From Mobula hypostoma (taxonomy: Eukaryota): 64,000 bases of DNA. Below the pieces are notes generated by a model that worked only from the letters and a program-made list of their open reading frames with translations, ran no database searches and was not told the origin of the DNA. Below, in pieces: positions 12,763 to 23,850 of this stretch; within the stretch, counting starts at the first letter, position 1, and every line of letters begins with the position of its first letter. The stretch is taken from the NCBI RefSeq assembly GCF_963921235.1, contig NC_086100.1, forward strand, positions 177,010,001 through 177,074,000, in the 5' to 3' direction. Position numbers and translations under genes: made by a program.

Positions 12763-13498
12763 GTTAAGGAAGGTGGAGAGGCTCGGTGGTTAGAGAGGAT
12801 CCAGTGATGAATTCACATTTGCCTTTGGTGGAACAGAGATTTAGGGGTGACTCATAAAATACTGAATTCAAATATGGTACAGGTTGGAAGAATTTAGAGA
12901 TTGAGGGGTGAAGCCATGGCAGAATTTAGGCACAAAGTGAATATTAAATTGTGATTTGCAAGAACCTCTCCATTCCTTCATGGACCATCCAAAATTGAGA
13001 AGCTACTGAAATCTCTTCTACACTGTTTTAAAATTATCTACCTGCAACTGTCACTTAATACCACACAAATCCTCCTAACGCATAGGTAACTACAGAATTG
13101 CATGGTTATATCTTAGTTTGCTAACTAGAAGCTTCTTGAAATCTAAAGTGCAATATATTATTTTTAAACAGTTGGAAAAGAATCTATATCAATGAGGAAA
13201 CCTGTTTGATCAGAAAATGGATGAGGAAAAATCCATCCATCCTAAAAAAAACTTTACATTCCTTTCAGCCTTATTTTAATAGTCTGCTTCTCTATTTCAA
13301 TGTCTATTCCATGTTGTGAGCTTAAAATATTCATTTATGTCTGCCCAAACATTCACCTGTGTTACGCCTTGCACTTGGGCCATGATTTAGCTCAATTTGG
13401 GGTTCTGGTTCAATGAAGTCAATAATATAAAATTATCAAATCTAATTATCAATGAATTTTGTATTTTGTTTTCTATTTTGTCCTTATACTAGTAAGGT

Positions 13499-14369
13499 AT
13501 GTGATATGGTAATCATGCTATTTGACTAGTAATCCATGTAATATGCATTCATATCAAGCTCTGGTTGTTTGAGTCTTTGCAGTGAAATTTCCAAGCATGC
13601 AATCAATAAGAAGCCAGTATTGAAATTATGGTTAAATTCCAATTTGTTCACCAGTATTACTCTTACATGGTCTATTGGTATGAATCTTTGACAACATAAT
13701 TTTAACATCAAATGCTATCTCAATATTGGTTAGATTGATTCCATGATATCCGAAATAAGTCTCACAAATTCAAACGCAGAGGGCAGTTTGTTTTGACCCG
13801 TGCAATTGATTCACATTGGAACAATCTACCTTAGTTTTACATTCCTACTTTCCCCACATATGCTTCATAAAATTTGTTCTACTTTTTTTGCTACATAGTT
13901 TATAATACTCTATCTTGGAATATGCATTAATTGTTCAAAATATTAAATATTCTTCATAGTATATTCAATCTGATTAGAACATTGCACGAAAGGCATTAAG
14001 AGTGCCTACAAATTTGTTATCAAGTTCACACGATCTATACAGAGTTCCTGCTTCCGAAAAACATCCCACTGGATGGAGAAGTTGTAGACATAGGGAGAAT
14101 TCAAGCCATAAATCAATTTGTGGGGGGAGGGGGTGCAATTTTTCAGGACTGAGAAATTCCTGACTGCACCCAGGGAAGGGGTTGGGGGCAATCTCCCTCA
14201 CAGATTCAGGGATGAGCTGCCTGCATCCAGCCTGAACCCAGTGAATTGCCTGTCTTTTGCCTGTAGCCAGTGGTGGGCTGCTAGTCTTTATCCTTGAACC
14301 AAGAATGTGCTGCCTGACTCTAACCTGGACCCAGGGATGGTCACAGGGCATTGAAGCAAAAATGGAAAT
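13499..14369 (+). repeat. 871-bp direct duplication, copy 2 (probably the original)
   Basis: Matches 11892-12762; retains a flanking acceptor (13492) and donor (14421). Confidence 0.97.
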
Positions 14370-16377
14370 ATTTTTTTCATTTATCAGTTCACAGCTGGCC
14401 AAACTGATGGTCAACCATAGGTCATGCATTCATTCTTCAAAGTCGAATATCAGTTCTTTCATCTCTACCACTCCCAGCTGTAAAATTAAAGATCAGAGAA
14501 CAGAGTTTCACACAAGCTTCTTGTTCTTTTCTTGCCTTCTATGGTACCAACAAGCATTGAAGTTTTGATGATCAGATGATGCTCCAGTGAATTTTCATAG
14601 ATTGCTTATCAGGTTTATCTAAAATATGGTTTGGCACTAAGAACTTCTTCCAGGATAAGTTTATTGTAGGCTTACACACAATTTTATTCTCTCTGAAGCA
14701 AGGCCTGAAAGTTACCACACAGAACTTAGAGTTTGAGCTAGCTAAGTTCTCATCAGACCAAGAGAAGGATAGATTCTGTAAACCTCACATGAACACTGTC
14801 CTCTTGCTCACCGAGCATGTCTATCTTGATGGACTTAGACAACATCAAGAAGGGCTTTCAGAATTGTTTGGGGATGCTCATTCAGAGTGAAGAAACCACA
14901 CATGGACTCACATCAGCACATTAACAACGCATGTAAGAAACAGTGCATTGAATATTATTGGTCAACAGAAAGAAAGAACTACACAAAAAGAATTGGAGCC
15001 AATGGAAAATAAAAGACCATAACAAGGATTCTACTACAGCTCTTTCACAGAAGTCGAAGCTGCTAGTCCCATGCTAATCTACTTCCCATGATAGAAGATT
15101 GTGTTCGTCTCTTTGAGGTTGCAGTGCCAGTAATTCCCAAGCTGAACAACGTTCATGGTCAGGAGATCCGAACATGCCTTCTGAAACAGAAGTTTATTAA
15201 TGCATCCAACCCCGGCAAACAGCTCATAGAATTGGATATAAAGGAACAGAAGAAATACACTGCTGAGAACATTCTGGGCAAGCTGCTCATTAATGACAAA
15301 CACCTTAAGTGACTGTCCACATTGGACCTCTGACTGATGGAGATAGCATCAACTTAAAATACTCTCCTCAAAGGTGTTCAGTTAGGGCCATGACCTTGTA
15401 GTTACAAATTTTCATTCAGACAAATATTTACCTCAAGTTGAACAGGAAGCAAAGTTGGACTTGTGATGAATTAAGTTTACAAAGGCAACACTGATATTTG
15501 CTATAATGAGTTGCTTCCTTGAACCTAAATTATAAAGACTTCTAGGTAACATCTAGGTAACATCATTGATTACAATGCCATCTATACCATAAAATATGCA
15601 CTTAAAGCGGAGAATAAGTCCAAGATACAGTAGTTTGTAAGGCAAATAGTGATCTTGTCTGTGGCAGGCTCAACATGTATATGCAGGAGGCCAAAAAGAA
15701 GTATTCAAAGAACAAACACCAGTTCATAAAGAAATTGGAGCAAGAGAGGAAAAGCATCAAGAGATGATCACACACCAGAAACCCTCAGCAAAATGCTCTC
15801 CCTAAGCAGTTGTGATAGTTGCTCTAAAAAAGCAAGGAAAGCTGTTGAAAGAAAAACTGATCCAGTTAACTAAAGCAATGTTTGAGACAGAGGATGATTC
15901 ATAAATAGCTCTTCAACACCATGCTAGATGTTATAATTTTCTTAGAGCCTCATATCACAGTGACTTTGTTCCTTTATATGATTTCTCATCAAAGTAATGT
16001 CTTTACATCTTCTTGTTCTCATCACTCTCATCCTGGTATTTCGGCAAGCCATGAACCTCCTGGGAAACATGGAACTAATTTCAATGTTGAAAGCCAGTTC
16101 CAGTGCTCATTTCACCTCTGGTTGTCCAGTTAGGTGCTTGCGATACAGAGACACTAGGCATCCAGGTATTGGAGATCCTAAATAATAGCTCTTAAAGTAC
16201 TAAAACATTTTAAGTTACTCTTAATAAAGTTGGAGAAAGCAGAAGCTCCACAAAACTATGAGAAACACAGAGGTTGATTCCTTCACTGATATTTCCCTTT
16301 ACAGCACCTATCAAATTTGTGACCTCTATCATCTAAAAGATGTAGATGACTAACACATGGAATGCCACCACTTCAGA

Positions 16378-16515
16378 GATACAAGAGATTGTATTCTGCA
16401 GATGCTGGAAATCTTGAGCAACACACACTAAATGCTGGAGGAACTTAGCAGGTCAGGCAGCATCTATGGAGGGAAATAATAGTTGATGTTTCAGGCAGAG
16501 ACCCTTCACCAGGAT
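16378..16515 (-). mobile_element. Penelope-like element terminal fragment with degenerate hammerhead motif
   Basis: The minus strand reads cctggtgaagggtctctgcctgaaac...gctgcctgacctgct, the same family that lies directly 3' of the GIY-YIG remnant at 49780-50330. Confidence 0.7.
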
Positions 16516-19500
16516 TGGAGGCCACCACTTGCAAGCTTCCCCTGCAAAGTATCACCATCATGACTTGGCAACATAGTGCTAGTCCTTCATTGGTATTGGG
16601 CTATCTCCCTTCACAACAAGATCTCTGGGAGTACATTTACCCCAATGGTTTAAGGCAGCAATTATGGATATGGCAAATACTAACATCCCAAAAGAGGATA
16701 TGAAATATCAACCGGTTTAAGATCAGTGTCACAGCGGGATTATTATTGTTAATGAACACCTATTTACAATGGCATTTGGTGGAAAGTTATGGAAAGGGGG
16801 TCACAATTAAAATAAGCAATTTTCTGCAACATTGGATTGATAGTAAGACATAATAGTAAGACATGTTAACATCCCCAACCCCACCACTCCCTAATTTTGT
16901 ACGTGGTTTGACTTCACAGCAAGTTTGGAACTCTGCTTCTTTCATACTTCTTATAATAACATCACCGTCAACAGTAAAAACTGGTCAGCAGATGACCAGT
17001 ATTATGTGACAAAGTTTCCTCAACATTAAAGGGATTAGCACTAACACATATAGCCCTTTAACAAGCACACTATCCTTATCTGTACCTTTTTCCAAAGATT
17101 CCTACTTGGAGTTTTAGGACTTAGTTCTAGGACTTCCACTTTTAACCCTTGGCTCAGCCCTTCACCTGGATTTCCAGATTTGTAAACAACCAGCAGTCTT
17201 AAAATTCATTGTAAATCATACACTTACCACAAAAAAATATTGCTAATCGCATAATCCAACATTTTACAGATAAGTGGATAAGTAGAAAAATTGTTCATAA
17301 CTTATAACTGATGTCCAGAAGAGAATCAAGGGAGAGAAGGTTTTAAACTTTAATGTGGGTACAGATGTCAGAGACCTGAAGCAGCTGGTGATTTGACATG
17401 AAATTTGGCAACAGGATCAGTTTAAACTTGCTCTAGGCAATAAAGATTTGCATTTGTATGGTGTATTTCACAGCATTAGGATATCCCAATGTGCTTTAAA
17501 GCAATGAACTGCTTTGCAAAATAATTCTGGCAGCAAATTAGCACATTGGAATGTAACAATGACCAGATCATCTCTGCTGGGTGTTGAGTGATATGAACCA
17601 CTCTAGTTTGAACTAGCATCTATACCTAGGAGACCTCACAAGGCCTTGGTTTTACCAACTCACATGAAAGTTATCAACCTGCTTGAAACCTAACCAATGA
17701 GTCACTAAGTGACGAGCTAATGAAATTCTAAAGTACACTCAAATCAACACAAGCCAGCTGTCCTAGTCAAACACTACCGCGCCTGATAACAGGAAGTTCT
17801 AGCAACTAAACACATCCCCACATAAGAAACCCCAGTATCGGTGTAAACCTCTACAACCTCACTTTTGCTCCATACAATATGAGAGTCAGAAATTTGAATG
17901 GAAAGCATGCAAGGAAAGGGTTAATTAAATATTTCAATCTTTTTTCCCCACAAACTACTTTATAATAAAAACTGTCTCAAAAATGCTACAACTACTTGTC
18001 AAGTCCCATACAAGTGTATGAACTTTCAAAATCACTGCAAAAGCCAGGCTATTCCAAGGCTTTAAAGACCACAAAGTACCAAATGCATCGCCTACAACAC
18101 ACTATTACTAATGATTATCTTAGCCTGCCACTTACTTGTACATCATTAATCATGGGCTCAGGGTCCTTGTCCATTGTCTTGCCTCCTTGGAGCCTATTGT
18201 TATCAGTGGGACCACTGAGGCAGCAAATGGGCACACTCTGCCATTCATCCATCTGCCTCCATCACCTAAATGTAGGATTACAATTTCAGATATATATCTC
18301 ATCTGCTACAGTGTTGATTTTGAGAAGATCTGAGCCTGAGTTTGAAAAAAGACACTGGTTATACTCTAAAGCCACAATTTGACACATACCTAACTCTCGA
18401 GGCCAAATGGATATGGTTCTTCCCCAATATCTAAACTTAGCTGTTTCACCTTCAGTTTCAGCATTTCATCTTCATTTGAGCCTGATGTGGGCACAATCCT
18501 TTCATAGTTCATGGACCTCTTCTAAATTCAAGCGTCTGGAAGACTTCAGCAACACACTTGCACCAAAAATGTATGAAAAGTGTATACTTGCTAAACTGAG
18601 CCACAGCTGAAAAATCCTCTTTCTTCACAAAGAGACAAGGGCACATTACAGAGCGAAGGGAAATCTTAAAGGCGAAGAGGAATGAAAATACATTTTTAAG
18701 CAGCCAGGAAGTTTCCAGGATTGTTTTTTAATGTTCAATGAGGCATGCCATATAATATTAGTAGAAAGAACATTTGCCAAAATGTTATCTAATTCTGCTG
18801 CTCAAAGCACTAACCAGCTGATGAGAATCCACTGTATAATAATCCTGTCTGATGTAACTTCCCCATTGTGGCATTTTCCAACATTTCCTTCCACAGCCAT
18901 AGCTGTCTCTAACAATGCTGCACACACAACTGTGAAATAGCTTTATTCAGTTTTACAGAGATGTGGTTACGATACCTGGGTTACCCATATTCCTGCAATC
19001 AATTTTCACTGTTGGAGAAATTGTGATAAAAATTCAAGAAAATGAGAGAGATACAATGCCCACTCCTCCCTCCCTAAAATAAAAATCACATTTATTGGTG
19101 CATTCTTTCTATTGTCTTATTTATTTTCGATAATATTCCACTGGGCTCCTTCAACTAATTGACAAATTAATTATGGGAATTACCATCACAGATTGTGATT
19201 TTAAAGGAAGGAATATATTAAATTTCATTTTGAGTTTGAAAAATGGAGCAAAGGCAGGTTAATGGATTTGAGGCAGCAGACTGGCCATAATCTAGCTGAA
19301 TGGTAGGACATGCTCAAGAGTTGAATGTGTTCCTCTATCATTTCAATGTCCATCCTTGCCTGAGCACGTAATGCTTTTATCATAAGTGACAGTTCTCACT
19401 TGCTACTTAACAAATAGTCTCACTGGAAGAAGTAGTGAGAGGAAATCAGCCCTTTGGCTTCCTGAATGGATATTGTTCTGTTTGAATATGATGCAGCAGC

Positions 19501-20394
19501 AAGCAGAGAACAGAAGAACGTTAATCCAATGGAACCAGGTAAAGAAACATAAAAGCTGCTACGCCTTTTGTTTTTTCGTATAGGTGCAAAAATAAAACGT
19601 TGACTGTCATCATCAGCAGTGCAAATCCAAAAGAGATTCATACCAGTAGCCTGGTCAGTCTTCTCATTGTGCACGGTGTGACTAGAGTTTCAGATCATAC
19701 ATTTAATGTGTTTATGTACAACACAGCAGACACACTTGTGCAGAGTCAACAGACATACCTATGAATGATGCAATTGACATTCCAGTGCAGAGGACAGCAC
19801 ATACTGTGCACAAAACATTATTTATACCTGTGCATAGTACAACACATATACCTATGCATACATCACATACACCAGTGCTCAGAATAATGTATTTGTGTAC
19901 AGGGTGTGACAGAAATCCTTGTACACAAAATAGCATAAGTGCCTATATATTGAAGAACAGTTATCCCTGTGAGTAGTGGAACAAATATACCTGTATATTG
20001 TAGAGTAGATTTCCCTGTTTACATAAGATTTTGATCAATTTTTGTTTCTAGATTGCTCCAAAGCGAAAACACTACATGTTGGAATGTTCTTACATAAATC
20101 TGAAGACACTTTGGACCTACAAGCATTTCAATCACTTCCCCATCACTCCTGAATTTTTGTTTCAACAACCACGTGTAAATTTTGGAAGCTAACAGAGACA
20201 GAAGAGAAACACATTACGATGCGGTTTATACCCATGGACAGTTGCTGAAGGCATCTGCAGAAAACGTGAAGCACTCTCTAGCCAGGGGTTCCTCTGCAGT
20301 TCCCTGTGTGTCACTTGTTGCTTGGCTCGTGAAGGCAGGACAAAAACAAGTCGGAGGTCAAATCCAGTCACTCCAGTCCGATGGTTCCTTGGCG

Positions 20395-20466
20395 TCACAT
20401 GGATTCGCTGCTACAGCCTGAGGTACTTTTTCTCCTGGGTGGTGGATTAGGGTGCCTTTGCTCTGC
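20395..20466 (-). CDS. REEP1: REEP1 candidate terminal coding exon (AEQRHPNPPPRRKSTSGCSSESM*)
   Basis: tgtttttatag| acceptor, phase 0, matching the preceding exon. The basic plus STS ending resembles long REEP1 isoform C-termini (from memory). Followed by non-repetitive, UTR-like sequence. Confidence 0.75.
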   Translation of the reverse strand, partial: AEQRHPNPPPRRKSTSGCSSESM

Positions 20467-20677
20467 CTATAAAAACACATACATACATTCAACCACTAAA
20501 ATGGCCAATAGACAGACAGTTGTTTCACTCATCATTTAGCAGCTAAACCCAATTTACGAGGAGAGTTAAGAAAAGAATGGGTGCAGGTTCAATCTCCAAT
20601 CTGTGCTGAGGTAGCTAATCTTATCTGGCCAGCTAAAATGACCTTGGCAAATAAGGCAAGGGTCATTTCCTTACATA

Positions 20678-21206
20678 CAGTACTGTGCCTCACACACAAA
20701 TATATATATATTTAGGGTGCCTAATACTTTTGTATTTGTCAACATGAAGTGGAGAGCAAGTTTGTAAATCTGGCGGGAGCAAAGGATGTTGGGAATGGCG
20801 AGGGTGGCGCACCGTGGGAAGGGTGTGGGACAGGTGGCAGAGAAGGAGTGCCAGGGGCAGTGGGTGGCATGGATGTAGACACACCCAGCCCTGAGACACC
20901 AGACAGGTCATTAGATTCCAAACAATTGGTTTATTGATCATTACAGAATGTCTCTCTGGTGCTTCCCCTCTCTCTTCCGCTTTTCACAACCATGATTCCC
21001 CTCTCCTTGCCCCCTTCCCACTCTCAGTCCACAATATGGACCCATATCAAAATCAGGTTTATCATCACTCTCATATGTCATAAAATTTGATTCTTTTTGC
21101 AGCAGCAGTACAGTGCAATACATAAAGTTATTACAGTACTGTGCAAAAGTCTTAAACTCCCTAGCTAGATATATATATATATGCCTAAGACTTTTGCACA
21201 GTACTG
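20678..21206. mobile_element. Tc1/mariner-type non-autonomous element(s), including a 73-bp MITE at 21134-21206
   Basis: TIR cagtactgtgcaaaagtctta / taagacttttgcacagtactg flanked by TA on both sides; a further partial TIR copy begins at 20678. Confidence 0.75.
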
Positions 21207-21209
21207 TAG

Positions 21210-21770
21210 AACATAGAATGTTACACACAGGAACAGGCCATGATGCCTTTGCTGAACATGATGGAAAATTAAATTTCTCCCTTATTCTGCACATAATCCA
21301 TATCCCTCCATTCTCTATATTTTCCAATCTAAATGCCTCTTGAACAACACCATTGTATCTGCTTTCACTACCACCACGACAGCCTGTTCCAAACACCTAG
21401 CAGTCTCTTTCTAAAACCTTTGCTCCTCACATTCCTTTTGAACATTCCTCTTCGCCCCCTTAATGCTATGCCCTCTAGTAGTCAACATTTTTACCCTGGA
21501 ATAAAAAATTTCTGGCTGTCCACTCTACCTTTGCCTCTCATCACTTTATAAATTTCTATCAGGTCTTGCCTCAGCTTCTGACACTCCAGAGAACACAACC
21601 CACGTTTGTCCAACATCCTCATATACCTAATACCCTCTGATCAAGGCAGCAGCTAAGTAAACCTCTTCTGCACCCTTTCCAAAGCCTCCACATCCTTCCT
21701 GTAATGGGCGACCAGAACTGTACATACCATTCCAAGGGCAGCCGAACAAAGGTTTAATATAAATACAAGT
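21210..21770 (-). mobile_element. CR1 LINE 3' fragment (reverse)
   Basis: Begins with the reversed tail (aacatagaa) and matches the reverse complement of the other CR1 3' ends. Confidence 0.8.
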
Positions 21771-22769
21771 TGGTCATCAGGCAGAAGATACAAAAGTCTG
21801 AAAGTAGTTACACCCTACAATTGAACAACAGGACTGACAGAGAGGCACTTGTTATCTAGATGCATCATGGTTGTGTAGGGTAACTACTTGGCCTGTGACT
21901 GCAAGAAACTGCAGTTGTGGACACAGCTCAGCACATCATAGAAAACATTCTCCCCGCTATGGACTCTGTCTACATTTCTCACTGTCTCAGTAAAGCTACC
22001 AGCAAAATCAGAGACCCCTCCCACCCAGACATCCTCTCTTCTCCCCTCTCAGAAGATACAAAAACTTGAAAGCACGTATCACCTAGCTGAAGGGAAGCTT
22101 CTACCTCATTGTTGTAAGGCTATTGAATGGTCCCCTGGAACAATTAGATAGACTCTTGACCTCTCATCATGGTTTGCACTGCACTTTCTCTGTAACACTT
22201 TATTCTGCATTCTGCTTTTCCCTTGTACTACCTCGATGTACTGATGTGATGAAATGATCTGTATGGATGGCACGCAAAGAAAAGCCTCTCTACGCTACCT
22301 TGGTACATGTGACAGTACTAAGCCCATTTGCCAATATAATTTACCATCCAATAATCAGAAGAAGTTGCATACCCCTATGTGACAAACTGAGCACCAGTTG
22401 GACTCCAGGTGCGCATCAGTTCCACCGGTCAAACTCACTGTTAGTACTCACCTTCTGAATATATGTTTGGTCACTTGGTTGGGGTGTCCAGAAGGCTGCC
22501 TGTTACCTGAACTCTCTACCCTGAACTCTCTACCCCCCTCCCCCACACCCGATGCGGTACAAACCACCAAACAGCTCACAGCCTGGAATAAAAAAAGGAC
22601 ATGCTGGAAAACTCAGCAGGCAAGGCAGCCCAGAGACACTTCATCAGAAACACTAACTCTGTTTCTCTCTCTGCAGGTGCTGCCCGACCTGGTGAGTCTT
22701 TCCAGCATCTTCTGTTTTTATTCCTAGTTTCCTCTCTCTTCAGTTTGTTGATTTTCCTTTTCTGCTCAC

Positions 22770-22802
22770 GGTCCTGATTGTTCCTTTGAAAAGGGGGATG
22801 AC
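22770..22802 (-). CDS. REEP1: Candidate 33-nt in-frame REEP1 microexon (VIPLFKGTIRT), or alternative terminal exon extending to the stop at 22740
   Basis: Acceptor ccttttttag|, donor ACC|gtgagc, phase 0/0 between the 25.4 kb and 20.4 kb exons. No transcript support. Confidence 0.35.
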
Positions 22803-22874
22803 CTAAAAAAGGCAAGTCTGACATTGTCTTAAAGAAGCTGCTACTGAACCACATAAGTCACTGACCATGCACAA

Positions 22875-23850
22875 GATTAGATCAGATTCAACGTTATTGT
22901 CATTGTGCCGAGTACAGATGCAAAGCCAATGAAATGCAGTTAGCAACCAGAAATGCAAAGAATATTGTTATTTACAAAATAACTGCGAATAGAAAGTAAG
23001 TGCTACAACACACAAATATAAAAGTACTGAGACATTACAATACGGGTGCAATACTGCTTAGTGCTGTGATGTGAGGTTCAGCAGGGTCACAGCCTCAGGG
23101 AAGAAGCTCTTCCTGTGCCTGCTGGTGCGGGAGCGGAGGCTCCTGTAGCGCCTACCGGATGGGAGAAGAGTGCATAGGGTGGGATGCATCCTTGATAATG
23201 CTTTTCGCCCTGCCCAGGTAGCGTTTATAGTAGATGTCCTCAATGGTGGGCAATTGGGTGCCGATAATCCGCTGGGCAATTTTCACCACACGCTGGAGAG
23301 CTTTGCGGTCTGATACAGGACAATTGCCATACCACACTGAGATGCAGTTGGTGAGTATGCTCTCAGTGGTACAGCGGTAAAAGTCTATCAGTATCCTGAG
23401 ACAGAGGTGAGCTTTCTTCATGCTCCGCAGGAAATAAAGGCGCTGCAAATAAAGGATGGAGGAGTTCAGGGACCAGGTGAGATCCTTGGAAATATGTACA
23501 CCAAGAAATTTAAAACTTAATACATGTCCACTACAGCTCCATTGATGTAGATGGGGACATGAGTGTGGCTCCTAGCATGCCTGAAGTCCACAATGATCTC
23601 CTTGGTCTTCTGGGTGTTAAGGGCCAGGTTGTTATCAGCACCACATGTAGCCAGGTGCTGCACCTCTTCCCTGTAGGCTGTCTCATCATCCCCTCCGATC
23701 AGACCAACCACCGTGGTGTCGTCTGCGAACTTGATTATGGAGTTAGAACCATGTACAGGAACGCAGTCATAGGTGAAAAGGGAGTACAGAAGAGGGCTCA
23801 GCACATAACCTTGAGGCATGCCGGTGTTTGGGGTGAGAGTGGAGGAGGAG
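22875..23850 (-). mobile_element. Rex1/Babar-like LINE 3' part (RT and C-terminal domain)
   Basis: PQGYVLSPLLYSLFTYDC...IKFADDTTVVGLI, QRLYFLR and LLPSGRRYRSL motifs in the minus-strand ORFs. Confidence 0.88.

Larger units (their letters stand above)
10608..18730 (+). pseudogene. Candidate decayed multi-exon protein-coding gene of unknown identity (Cys-rich N-terminal part, helical or charged C-terminal part)
   Basis: Non-repetitive DNA with several AG/GT-flanked blocks whose + frames run long between isolated stops and frameshifts (12963-13085 fully open; 14600-14890 open for 96 codons). No homology search was possible. Confidence 0.5.

Noticed and set aside
22507-22582. Minus-strand 76-nt block with a strong acceptor and donor in the last REEP1 intron
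   Set aside because: It is not frame-preserving, contains an in-frame stop, and its acceptor lies at the edge of a repeat remnant. At most a cryptic exon.
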